Source of the DNA: Lingula anatina
Taxonomy: Eukaryota > Animalia > Brachiopoda
Direction: 5' to 3'
DNA length: 64,000 bases
Assembly: GCA_051362555.1 (NCBI GenBank)
Contig: CM120640.1
Coordinates: forward strand, 42,572,788 to 42,636,787
Shown: piece after piece, positions 25,986 through 38,391 of the stretch
Layout of the letters: each line of letters opens with the position of its first letter
How positions within the stretch are numbered: position 1 is the stretch's first letter
Notes under the pieces: model-generated
The model's input: the letters and a program-made list of their open reading frames with translations, nothing else
What the model was told of the DNA's origin: nothing
Database searches by the model: none
Program-made: the position numbers and the translations under genes

Positions 25986-27884
25986 TTTTCACTCAGTTTT
26001 TCACCTGATTTATTCTCAGGCAGAACAAAGTGCATGGCAGTTAACCCTGATTCACAATATTCAAAGGCAATTAATAGATTGTATGATACAGTGCTGTATT
26101 TTAGATAAAGAATTTCAAAGAATAATTTATGCAAGGAAATTTGTAAGGGATCTCCACATGGTGGTAATCCAGTCAACTTCTTGTGCTTTGCTTCTGTTTA
26201 AAGGTACCCTAGCTGGGACTTTTGTGCCTAATTGAATTTTACCCTAGAAAAAAATTATACTATCTACGAATCATTGCACCATCGATTCCATGTTTTAAAC
26301 AGATGTTTGTACTGTCTTTCTGTACATTACAAAAAAGATACCAACATCAGGTGCCTTTATTTGATGGGTTTTATCAATTTTTAGGGTCTGAATTGGGAAA
26401 GATGGGACATGTAGAAAATACTACTTTGGGACACTTCAGGCAGATATATATATATTTAATAAGTAGTAACCACAGACCACATTGTTGTATTAATTTGGTT
26501 CGTGCCACACTTGCATTTTGAAAGCCCTACCTGATTGATCCAGCTCAGAAACAGACATGGTTACTCAGACTGGCCAATAGTAATTCAAGAAAAAAATGTT
26601 TTTCAAGAAAATTTTGAACATCCAAAAGCTGACCCAGAGGGCTGCCCAAATTTGCCCTTGTCGTTATTGAGATAGTATTAAATCAAATTTCTTTAATGCA
26701 ACTTAGTTGTAAGGAAATGTAATATGGATATAAAAAGCATTGATATCCCCTTCCAGGTCAGTGCTCTTCATTCATGTAGGTGTAAATTGAAAAGAAGTGT
26801 TTTTTATTGGGAATGGGGAAAATGTGCCCACACAAGATAATGTTGTCCTCAGTGTTATTAAACCAGGATGTTCATCCCCCACTGTTCATATGCCTGCGTA
26901 AAGGGACAACTAAAGTGGAAATGATATGCATGGAGGGGCTTTTGAAATCAAATCAGATCTCTGTTGCTGAACAGCAAGCACCTGCCAGCTGCTTTCTGAT
27001 GTAATAATAAGTGTAATTGTGTTTTCAACATGGTTCCAATTGTGTAGGATTGTCCTTAAGATATGACCACTACTGAATCGAGATCCACAAACAAAAAAGA
27101 AAATGCCACAGTGTTACGCTTGATTTTGTCCCTGTACAAAATGTTAATATAATAATTGAAAAAATGGCTTTGCTATCAAAGCACTTCACAGCCTATTAGC
27201 ACTTTCAGAAAATCAGTTTCCTGCATGTGTCATTGACATCATAGTGAATCAACATCTTAAGATTTTGCACCATTGGATGTAATCCAAATTACTTCCAGAA
27301 GGTCTCTTACTTTGTAAGATCAGGTTATTGCATTCTGTTGATTAAGGGAGACCTTTACAGCAATAAACACTTATGTGCTATATTTTCAGAAGCATACCAT
27401 GTTCAAAACAATTTATTTCTTCAAAATTGTTGAACCCAAAATAGAAAAACACTCTTATCTGCTGACAGTCATGGTTCTTTGTTCATTCTGTTCATCACTA
27501 TTTTATTAAAAATGAGTGTTTACCATTTTTAGCAGTAGTCATGATTGATTATATATAGAAATGCTTTGTATTAATTATCAGTGGGGTAGTACCTGGTAGT
27601 GCAAATTATTAGATTCTTATTTTGTCATATGTTTATTAATACAATGTATATTTATGTGATATTAATACAAATGGAAGTCATTGCCAAAAGTGGATAGAGT
27701 GAATGTGAATGAGCAATGTCATTTACTCTGTAAATATAGCAAAAAGTAGTATACAGGTATTGTTCAAAGGCCTTTGATTTTGTCAGTCTAAATGTACTCA
27801 ATTATTCACATAAGAATATCTCACAATTATCAATTTTGCAAGTTGTTTATAGTGGCAATGATTTTACCACAAATAGCACGTAGT

Positions 27885-27885
<1 letters not shown>

Positions 27886-27926
<41 letters not shown>
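27886..27926 (+). repeat. poly-T run
   Basis: Directly visible. Confidence 0.95.
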
Positions 27927-27928
<2 letters not shown>

Positions 27929-28247
27929 TAATATGATTTGTGTCAACATGAACATTTTTGGATCAAAACAGGGATTCAAGTAGAAAAAATTGATGGCAAA
28001 GGATGCATTAATGCATCAAAAATATCTTCGAAAGTGTTCATCAAAAAGCAGATAAGGTGCTAGATATAGATAATTTTTTTTTCTAGCAGATTCAGGTGAA
28101 ATTGCAGGACAGATGCCATTTTAATAAAAATCAGATATGTTCAATCTTTTTTATTTACATTTTCAAAAGCAGAATTTTGAACTTGTCAAACATTAGTATA
28201 TTTCTACAAAGAGAGTTGTACAAATGATCTTAATTGCTCATTAAACT

Positions 28248-28248
<1 letters not shown>

Positions 28249-28314
<66 letters not shown>
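28249..28314 (+). repeat. Compound (CT)n(CA)n microsatellite
   Basis: Directly visible. Confidence 0.97.
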
Positions 28315-28317
<3 letters not shown>

Positions 28318-28750
28318 GCTTATTTGAACATTGTAACTCATCAAATTTTGTACCCATATGTCAGACAAATGGTTTGAAACTCACCCCTGTCATCTCCGTA
28401 ACAAGTCCAGGTGGTCTGAGCTATTTGTTATAGACTTAATGTGCCTTGACTAGGATTCACTACAGAAAACTGATTGTATGTATACCAGCAGTAATAGTGA
28501 ATCATCTTGTCAAATGATGCAAGTCTACTAGTATACTGGTATCACCCAGAATTTTCATTGTCTGCAAAGCTTTAAGAACCTTAGACCTAATAATATATAA
28601 TAATAATAATAATATATAATAATAATATATTTATTTTAAGTCTAAATTCCATATAGATATGTTCAGTAGACTTTACAATTATGTGAATACCTAGATTTAT
28701 TTTATTTATCATTTGGATTTTTTTTTTCTTTTTGGTAAATCAATCGATTA

Positions 28751-29428
28751 TTTTTATGTACAGACTCTGTAAGTGTCTGTATATATTCTGATTGGTCTGT
28801 CTGTCTGCACCATCATTGTTGCCATCACTGTCACTATCCGACATATGTTATTTGCCCTATAATTTCCAAACCATTTTTTTTTACTTTAAATTTACTGTGT
28901 GGCTTTGCTTGGTAAAGAGGCAGGTTGCTTTTGAAAATTGGCATGATCAGTGTACAATTACTGTAATTATTATGCTTTTTGTACAATTTTGGTGATGTTC
29001 ACCCTATAACTTCAAATTCATATTTTTGTTTTACTTTAAATTTACTGAGTGGCTTTGTTGGGTAGTGGCAGGTTGCTTTCAAAAATCAGCATTATCAGTT
29101 CACATTATCTGTAATTATTCTGTTTTTTATGTGTAAATTTTCATTTTTTCGCACATTAGCATTTTTAGTGGCTATTTTATCATAGAGAATTGAATCACTT
29201 GCAAGTTTTTCAATGTCTATGTTACCTGTTGTACAAAAAGTAAGAGAGTAAGAGTGATTGTGCTATATCATTATGTAACAGTGCTATAAGCATTATGTAA
29301 CAGTGCATCAAAATTAGCCAAAATGTTTTTTGTGCATTTTTTCTCTGCATAATGTCTGAACATGTGACAGCTTTGCTGCCTTATTTCCTGTATGGTGTCT
29401 GTATATTTAGCAGCTTTGCTGTCTAGTT
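28751..29428 (+). mobile_element. Complete HINE/DINE-1-type non-autonomous element, family A, with central 147-bp dimer
   Basis: T-run; 5' subTIR TATGTACAGAC with partner GTCTGTATATA (28775-28785); (GTCT)3 at 28795-28806; central tandem repeat; 3' subTIR GTGTCTGTATAT (29395-29406, identical to 28773-28784); stem-loop CAGC-TTT-GCTG; CTAG-TT end. This is the described DINE-1/HINE layout. Confidence 0.82.
28855..29142 (+). repeat. Tandem dimer, 147-bp period
   Basis: CCCTATAA at 28855 and 29002, each followed by TTTTACTTTAAATTTACTG.GTGGCTTTG...GGCAGGTTGCTTT...CTGTAATTATT. Confidence 0.9.
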
Positions 29429-29657
29429 GAATTTTCAAATTCCATTTTTCACATGTTATTGTATGTTATTCGCATTTTTAATGGATATATTTGTCTCTTT
29501 TTGAGTAAATGAAATATTTTACATAAAAACTTTACAGTCAGCGCTTATTCATATCATATTATTCATATCATTACTTTCTGTTGAGAACAAAAATGCGCAT
29601 GCTTAACAGGAAGTATGATTTACAAGAGGCAATTGTTGCCCTGAGCAGTGACAATGG

Positions 29658-31486
29658 TTTTAGTCCCGACCTGTCATGTCCAGCTCTGCCGGCTCCGCGT
29701 ACTGGCGCCGGATACAAGTCACCGTTACCACTTCTCCTCCTAGACCGCAAGGACCCCTGTCCCCATCTCTTGGATTTAGGTCACATATAACCTCAACTTG
29801 AACCCCCAGGTTTTTTTGTCTCAGTCGGTGCATTGACCTGGGCATGACGCTCGTTGAAATACACCCTTGTCAAAATTTTTGAAAATTCAATGCCAATTAT
29901 CTACCCTACCGAAGGAATTATGGGAAAATTTTCTACAGATGGCTGACCGAAAGTCATATGTGGAGATTTCAAATATGCCCTTGGATTTGATCTTTGACCT
30001 TTGCTTCAAGGTCAAATGGGCCAAAATTTTCAAAAAACGAAATTTTTTACGAAAAAAAAATTGATTTGCCCTGATATTCAGAAACTACACAGACTTTACC
30101 AATAATATTATTGGAAAGTGTTACCCTTCGGGTCATCTTTCATCTCCGTGAATTTGGGGTCAATCGGTGCATTTTCACGGGAGTAGCGGCCATAAGATAC
30201 CGAAACTGAAAACTGTCTCTAATTCGGGAACCGTTAATGCTAGAGACCTGTTCTTTTTTGCATTTTGTAGAGCATGTAAAGCCCAACACTGGAAGTGGTC
30301 TCCGTTTTTTTTGTATTTCATACGGTTTTCGTGTTATGCTGTATTAAAAAGTACATTGTGGTGGTGAAAGCAAAATATGCAGTATGGTAATGGATAATAG
30401 ATTTTGAACCCCAGGAAAATAAAACATAAGGCTTGGTGAGGCAGACAACTTCTGGTCACAAATGACATTATTTCATGAAATTTGAACATCTGGAACTTCT
30501 GAGCACCTCCCATTTTAAGAATTTCAACCGAAATTTATGGCACATTATTGTAACTCCAGAATTGTAACATTTAGTCCCTTATATCTCCAAAACTGGCAGA
30601 GATAGGTCAATAGTTATTATTAAAGTTGAATAGGAAGTCATATACTGGCAATCTAAATGTGACCTTGAAATTGACCTTTGACCTACTTTTTACCATGAAC
30701 TGAACTTTGCAAATTTTCGTTCCCTTTTATCTCCAAAACTGACAAAGATATGTCCATAGTTACTATTGAACTTGAATAGGAAGTCATATACTGGCAATCT
30801 TACTGTGACCTTGAAATTGACCTTTGACCTACTTTTCATCCTTATTTGAACTTTGCAAATTTTGGTTCCCTTTCATCTCCAAAACTGGCAGAGATACGCA
30901 CATAGTTGCTATTGAATTTGAATAGAAAGTCAATAGCAATTTACTGTGACCTTAAGATTGACCTTTGACCTACTTTTCACCATGAGCTGAACTTTGCAAA
31001 TTTTTGTTCCCTTTTATCTCCAAAACTGGCAGAGATAGGTCAATAGTTACTATTAAAGTTGAATAGGAAGTCATATACTGGCAATCTAAGTGTGACCTTG
31101 AAATTGACCTTTGACCTACTTTTTATCATGAACTGAACTCTGCTAATTTATTTCCCTTTTAACTCCAAACCTGGCAGAGATAGGTCCATAGTTACTATTG
31201 AACTTGAATAGGAAGTCATATACGGGCAATTTACTGTGACCTTAAAATTGACCTTTGACCTACTTTTTATGATGAACTGAATTTGGATTGTACCATTTTT
31301 GGTTATATATATATATTTTTTTTTTGCATATTTTGAGAATTCTTGTTGATTGCATTTTATAGAGCTTGTCAAGCACAAGACTGGTGGTGGTGTCTCTTTT
31401 TTTGGGGGGGGGTTCCACATGAATACGCTTGCTCCAGCTGGTGGTACTATATCCGGAGGCGGTATCGCCTCTCCGTTCCTCTAGTT
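29658..31486 (+). mobile_element. Large non-autonomous Helitron/Helentron-like element, family C, with 146-bp tandem array
   Basis: 3' GC-rich hairpin GAGGCG-GTAT-CGCCTC (31456-31471) then CTAG-TT (31481-31486); probable subTIR pair TAGTCCCGACC (29661-29671, after a T-run) and GGTGGTACTA (31440-31449); internal direct repeat TGCATTTT.TAGAGC.TGT.AAGC.CAA.ACTGG near 30259 and 31351. The 5' boundary is less certain. Confidence 0.65.
30575..31285 (+). repeat. Tandem array, ~146-bp unit, about 5 copies
   Basis: ATCTCCAAAACT-like anchor at 30583, 30729, 30875, 31016, 31161 (spacings 146, 146, 141, 145); unit holds GAATAGGAAGTCATATA and TGACCTTGAAATTGACCTTTGACCT; a diverged partial copy lies near 29948-30003. 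Confidence 0.95.
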
Positions 31487-34152
31487 CAACTGTGTTTTCA
31501 TTGGGTTTGTTGGACCTCGATTTACTTGCTAGTGTGAATGGCCCTACAGTCACCAATCTTTAATTTTTTACCACTTTGCCTACATATCAGCACATGTTAG
31601 TTCAGGTCTACTTGAAATGGATTTTTAGAAGAATTAATTAACTGATAATCCTTTGACTTATTAAGTATCTGAATTGGTTAGCCGCGATGATAAGGTAACA
31701 AAACACTTAGCTTGCTAGTAGATTGGGACACCTGGTCTGTATTATAGACACTTGAGTCCATTATATATAATTACTTGCTGTCTTTAAATGCCACTTGTAA
31801 TCCTTCAATTGCAACATTAAAACTTCCAGGGATCCTTTTTTATTTTTGGATACCTACTTGCCACCAAAATTCTTAGAATATGGCAAAAATAAAAAATGAA
31901 AGATTAATCTTCAAGTGTTTTCTGTCAGTTGAAATCATAGGTTATCATATAGCTTTGTGGTATTTATTACTCTTTTTTTAGCTCAGGGTTTTTTCACTCA
32001 GGCTGGTGCAGTCATCTGGTGTACAGTACGAAGTAATTCAATGACCATTTACACACATGATTTCTTATTAATCTGTAAAGCTATAAGTGTCCTCTCCATT
32101 CATTCTCCCACAGGTTTAACCTCAATGTGCAGTAGATATTGGAATCTAATAATACTCTCTTCATTATAAAAGATTTAAATTACAAAGCTTTGGCATTTCC
32201 ATATGGCATTTATTGATTTTAGGATATTCTTTCTTTTTAAATTCTTTTATTTCATGAATATCTGACTATGTTACATTTAAGTGGATGACTTTTTTTTTCA
32301 TTCACAAAATGTTTCTGAACTGCTAGAGATGCAAAGTGAAAACAACATATACTTAATACCAATACTACAAAGCCATAGCTGCTGCTACTCAGCAATTTGA
32401 TCAATCACAAATTTAAGAGAGGTCAATTTGATTAAATTTATAACTACTCTTAATACTGTTACTCATATACTATCCTGGATTCCATGTAAATCTTTCAGTA
32501 TGGAGCAAAAAGTCAGACAAAAAAATAAAATGGTTTGTGACCATACAGTTGAACTTTTTGGAGGCAATGCAAGCACGCTGCCTAGGTTTGGCTACCTTAG
32601 AATGGTGTTAATTTCATCTCTCCTAGCTTTGACTGGTGATATTTTCTTAAGCTTCAGGTAGAAAGCGATCTGCCACTGCACATCCTGTTGCTGTGATTTG
32701 CACATGGAGGTTAAGCAATAGGATTTGTAGAACCGTGTCTAATAAGTTTGATAGAAGCGCCTGTACAAGGCATTTGAAAAGGAAGCACGCACTTTACACA
32801 GTGAAGATAGCGTAGAAATGTTGAAATTGCAGCTAAAATAAAACTCTATCAAGTGGCAACAGTTTACATGAAGTAATACTATGTATTGTAGACTCAAAAC
32901 TATACACCTTAAGAGATAGGAAATACCTTTATTACCATTTAAAGATATTTAAAAAATACCCATGTATGAGTGACAAGGGCCAAATGTTAAATGTTTACCA
33001 TTTTTATCATATAATGGCAAATTTGACTAAAACTAAAGTTTAAATGAGTTCAGACTTTGAACCTGCAGTTACATTAAGTAATGCATGCAAAGTTCGGAGT
33101 AGGTAGAAGTCAGACCAATGCCAGTAATTTTGTATAAAAAAAGTTTAGACTTGTGGAGGAGGAAGGTACCTGTAATCTAACATGGCCCCTACTGTGGTAC
33201 CTTGTTGCACTGTATTCCTTAACAATTAGGAGCCTGATCTGTTGCCTCCAGGTGATGTCCGGACATAGTAGATCATTGGAAAGTAGGTTTCTCTATAACA
33301 AGAGGAACATTTACACTGAGACATCAGGAACAAACGTTTAGGTTCCAAAGGGGCACTTACACATTGGTGTTGGTTATATAAGCTCTTCCAGGATGAACAG
33401 TGAAGGCATCTCATTGCCCACAGTTTCTTTAAATCAAATATATGCATTGTTGATTAAAATACAGGATTGGAGCTTTTCTCAGTGGCTTTTTTTTAAATTT
33501 TGTTTCAAGCCTGGTCCAAACTGCTCTGTGGAATTGTGGCTTCACTGCATGTAACATTAAAGTCAAGTTAGTAACATTTTAGTAGAAGCAGCAAGAGCGT
33601 GGGTTGTAAAAATTTAGATCGCCTAAAGACCTGCTTGTTACTGCGACTTTTGCTCCTCCCATGAACTATTGTCCTTTTAATAAACATTGGTTTGTTTGGA
33701 CAAGAAGGTGCATTCCAGGTGCAAATAATTTGATTTTGATATAAGAAACACGTAGCAAATCAGAACTGTACAACTAGTGCCAAAAGGGCATGCTAACCAC
33801 CAGAATTTCCCAGGTTTCAATGTTTTAATGTTTGAACAATTTGACATGTAGATAATTGTAACTATCCTCTACTTTGGTTATCTTGAAAATACATTCTTTT
33901 TTTATATCCAGTATTCTGCAGCTTTAAATAAAGAATTTCTAAGATATGTATTCCTTTGATGCATTAGGGAAAAAAAAAGATCTCTATATAAAAACTGAAG
34001 ACAATTACTTAAATGGAATAATATAGGGAAAATTTTGACCTTAGATCTTTTGAAAACCAATTGTGAATTTAAAAGAATTTGATGAACTGTTTTATCTACT
34101 GTATTCAAGAAGGTACATTGAAAGAAATTACATGGTTTTGAAAGCAGTCAAG

Positions 34153-34300
34153 CTATTATATCTTCTTAGTCATAGTATTATCCCTTCTTTGTCAAGGTAT
34201 AAATAATCTTACTTAGTCTAGGTATTATTCCTACTTAGTCATGGCTCTATCCCTTATTAGTGAAGGAATAAATAACCTTAATCAAAGTATTATATCCCAC
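34153..34300 (+). repeat. Degenerate minisatellite, ~21-25-bp unit
   Basis: Recurring TTAGTCA.GGTATTAT.CCT motif, about six imperfect copies. Confidence 0.6.
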
Positions 34301-35518
34301 GTTGGCACCTGTCCCTGGAGCAATGTTTCTGTCAAGGAATCTTCTGACCATAACAAGATGCATGTTTTATCACCCAACTGGAGCAACAAACAATGCTAAT
34401 CAACTTTAAAAAGCACCTTTAATTTTGTTAGTCGTTTTGGCAGAGTTTGGCAAAACGTTAATTCACCTCAGCAAATTTTAGCCCTTGAGGGTAAGATGTT
34501 TCCAGTGTTCTGTAGAACTAAGGCAGTGGAGATCACAGGTGTCACTGCAAGAGATGGGAAAGAAATTAGAGATCAGGAAGATAGGATGTCATAAAGTGAT
34601 TAAACAAAGCTCTGGCAAGATTGCCAAGCTCGGCTTAAGTCAAATTGATCCCTTGGGTGTTCCTGGAGTCGGTAATACTGTTGTTTTTAAGGTGGTCGCA
34701 AGAGGCAGGGGATATTATATGTAATAGCTTTTTCTGAGAAATAGCTACATGATAAGAAAATGGTTCTTCTTATTGCTTAAGATTATTGTATCATTCTGTA
34801 ATGGCATTCTATTTATTGGACAACAAATTCTCCTTACCACTTGATGACTTTTTGATAGATTATACAGAAATTGTGCTATACACAAGAAATTGTGTTTTAT
34901 GTTTTTACTTTGTTTGGTATTGTATAAAATACTCTTTTTTGCATGACTAGAATTTCAAGTAATAATTATGCTGTTCAATTTTTGTTCTTATAAAATGAAA
35001 CTAGTTCTTTATTTAGGTAACATTTCAGATTTATTAAAAAGGTGTTCCCACCTTTTATCAAATTTTAGAACTTTTAGAATGTTATAAAATTTGGCTAAGG
35101 GGTCAAAAGGTCCACTTTTTCAGAAAATGATCCCCACTTCTAAAATTCTGGAAATACAAGGGAAAGTGTATAACATTTTTTAAAATAATTTCTTGAAATA
35201 TTATACACATTTTTGATAATTTAGACTTGTAATATGCCAAATACTGCAATCCCAGGGCTGATTTTCTTCCCTAAGGCCATCATGCAGCATAGGGCAATCT
35301 ATGGAAAGTTTTGGCTTTGAGATCTTGCAAATGAATGTCCGCTATGCATGGTAGATTTGTATGACCTAACCAAGAAGATGGAGCTATAAGTGTAAATTCC
35401 AAAAGTAACACATCTTGAATTAAGAAAACCGTATCTAATTCAATTCTCAATGTTGCAGCTGCTCAAGCAAGTGAGTACAAGTTGGTCACAATGCACATGT
35501 GTGAGCTTTCTTCAGAAA

Positions 35519-35520
<2 letters not shown>

Positions 35521-35559
<39 letters not shown>
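35521..35559 (+). repeat. poly-T run
   Basis: Directly visible. Confidence 0.95.
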
Positions 35560-35560
<1 letters not shown>

Positions 35561-35697
35561 ACTTGGTTATCTCATGAGAACAGAAGCTCACTGAAGTGCT
35601 TCTGCATGCAAAATCTTCATGTTTGCTGAACTTTTGGCATCAGAGGGTCTAACATTTTATAGAAAGTAAAAATTGTAATTGAATGCTATACTGTCAT

Positions 35698-35875
35698 TGG
35701 CCTCATTCAGAATTTGGGACTAACTAGTCAGAGGGTAAAATATGGACGACTCACTTGAATACTTCCCCACAGGATATCTATTCAGTGTCTTTTAGCTGAT
35801 TAGAAGGCAAGCTTTGTAGTGGGTCGCCATATTTGACCCTCGGAACTAGTTAGTTACCTATTCTGAATGGGGTCA
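35698..35875. mobile_element. Foldback MITE related to those at 17018 and 43002
   Basis: Left GGCCTCATTCAGAAT...ACTAACTAGT.AGAGGGTAAAATATGG.CGACTCACT is mirrored by AGTGGGTCGCCATATTTGACCCTCGGAACTAGTTAGT...ATTCTGAATGGGGTC. Confidence 0.82.
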
Positions 35876-36568
35876 TTCAGTTTATATTCAGGTCTTGAAT
35901 TTTTTTTCCAAGATGTTTTCTGGCAAATAAGGCTAAAAAGATATTATGTAAGGCATTAATTTGCATTATTTAGAGAAAGGGTAAATTTTTACCTCTAGGA
36001 GAAAATACTTAATTGGTTTATCTGTTAAAATAGTGAAACTCATTCAAGAGTCCTGTTGGAACAACAAGAAAGTACTAACAAGGAAGAAAAGCTGCCCTCT
36101 GCAAGAACTAGGTATTAAGTTTATCACAGGGCCAAGAAGAGATTTTTGAGACTCTTTTTGTTCTTGTTTCCACTGCCAAAAGGAAGTAATTTTTCTGGCA
36201 TGAAGAGAAAACTTGTTTGCCTTTTAGTCTGGTAGGAGGGGTGATTCAAGTGCTGCATTTCATACAGCTAGGAGTCGAAAGATGAAAATGGCTGATCACT
36301 CTAGATTTATGACAATACTTAGTCTTTAGGTCGCTTCCTGGAGACAGAGATACTTATCTCCACTTCACAGTATCACTTTTAATTTTACTTTTATACTTTA
36401 TACAGATAGATAAAAGTTGTTTTATGAGGAAATACTATTGCAAGCCTATTGCTGATGTGTCGCCTGTACTTTTAATGGGTCTTTAATGGTGGTCTCTTTC
36501 ATTATCCAATTTCCATGTAAATTGATTTTTGATTTATGTTTTGTTCATAGTTTTAAATCTGTACCGGA

Positions 36569-36570
<2 letters not shown>

Positions 36571-36601
<31 letters not shown>
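36571..36601 (+). repeat. poly-T run
   Basis: Directly visible. Confidence 0.95.
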
Positions 36602-36603
<2 letters not shown>

Positions 36604-37630
36604 GTTTTTATATCTCTCATAGGTTAAAGTAAAATTATACTCTTATGAAAAGTTTTCACTTGCTGGCAGATGCATTTTATAACTCATTTCAGTCTATTGC
36701 TCTTTGTGCGTTTGTAGAATTAAAGGTTTCCGATGACATTTCCCTTTACTATGGCCCTTCATTTCTTTCAGCTGAACCAAACATTTATCAAAAGCCAAAT
36801 TGTTCTGTGATTGCACGACAAAGAACAAGCTATACAATTTGCCAAGGTGTCTTTTATTCAGATGCAAAGTGCCCAAAATAAACCATTTTTGGAACAGCAT
36901 TCACAATTACTATCAGCCCCAAAATACTGTCTAGAGAGGTTTGATGTGGTTGCCTCAAGTTTACAGCAAATGACTGCTTTGCATGCAATAAAACATTCCA
37001 CGTGGGAGTCCCCAGCAGACCTTCGGCACTATCATCTCTGGCTTTGGAGAGGCAAAGTGAGTTTGATGAGAAAATGGCCTGGTTTCTTAGAGTATATGCC
37101 TCTCACGAGAGTTAGTGGCCTTTTTAAATGCAAAATGATTTGATTTTTTTTGTAAAATGTGGTTAGAAACTTCCCATGTTTGTTAATGTGACCCTTTTTT
37201 GTCTGTGTTTACTACTGGGTATCTCAATGTGGGGGTTTAAGTTAGATATTTCCAAAAATAGAAACAAAACCCACATTTTGCATGATGTTTTCTTTCTTTT
37301 CACCTTCCCACTCTCAGTTTTTATTTCTTTTCCAGTAACATCACATGTTATAAATGGTTACCCCCAGGAATTGCCTATTTAGAAATGTACTTTTAACATG
37401 GCTTATATATATTTCATAGTTCTCAAAATACATAGTTATACTTTTAATAAAGCTTATAAATTAAGTATTTGGCATATTTTTTACATTTCATGCCTTCCAA
37501 AATATCCTCCTCTCATTTCATAGTTTTATGTTATAGTAGTCATGTGAACAAAAACTGTTTCAATATACGAATGGTGACAGGTTTCAAGCCTCGTTCTAAG
37601 AGCTATTGAAACTGACTTACAGAGAGAACC

Positions 37631-37846
37631 TTATTTGCCTCTGCCATCAAAGAAGGTTGTTTTCTTGGTGTTGATTCATTTGTTAGTGGACAATATAAGC
37701 TTACTCAAAAAGCTCCTCCCACAAAATTTACAAGATTGACAATTATTGGAGAGAAAAGAAGTGGCTACAATTTCAATTGAATCTATGTTTCCTGGCACTG
37801 GCAGTTTCCTTACCAGAGGTCTGTGTTCCTGGGATGCTCTCTACTA
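37631..37846 (+). mobile_element. HINE-like interspersed element, family B
   Basis: 5' TTTGCCTCTGCCATCAAAGAAGGTTGTTTTC and 3' CAGAGGTCTGTG...ATGCTCTCTA; CCTCTG/CAGAGG subterminal inversion; CTCAAAAAG block shared with other copies. Confidence 0.65.
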
Positions 37847-38352
37847 ATCATTTGAACAAAACTATTTGCCAAATCTTAATTATTTCATTTCACAGCTTAA
37901 TTTTACTGCCCTCGATCAAGGGGTTATTGGAACTCCTGGATCACCCAGATGTCTTTTTTTATATTTATGTAAACCTCTCAAGCAAAGGTCAGCATATACA
38001 TGTATGCAGTACTCCAGCATGTAGACCCATTACATGTAGTAGTAACATTATCTTGCTTCTATCAATGTACAATTAACACCTAGGATATCAGATATATTGA
38101 CAGGTGTAGGGAAAGGAGAACACAAGCTCTACTCTGGTGTGAGACAAATGAGTCCACTTGTCTTGAGCCTGCTTTGAAGTAATTGAATAATCACTAAGAA
38201 AATATGGCTAAGAACTCTTCTAAAGGGTATTTTATGACCTCAAGTTGTGGTCAATGTTCTGCTTGACCTTCTTGCCTATTCAGGTCACTTAGACTTTTTA
38301 ATGAGGAAGGGGACTAATAATAGATAGCTTATGTATAGGATAATTAACTTGG

Positions 38353-38354
<2 letters not shown>

Positions 38355-38390
<36 letters not shown>
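38355..38390 (+). repeat. poly-T run
   Basis: Directly visible. Confidence 0.95.

Positions 38391-38391
<1 letters not shown>

Noticed and set aside
29581-29790. 69-aa ORF as a transposase N-terminus
   Set aside because: No catalytic motif, and it straddles the inferred 5' boundary of the family C element.
30575-31285. Tandem array as CRISPR-like
   Set aside because: Whole 146-bp units repeat with no unique spacers; eukaryotic context; no cas genes.
34600-34680. Minus-strand GTPKGSI resembling the RT motif GVPQGS
   Set aside because: Followed immediately by a stop, with no LGPLLF or YADD-like continuation.
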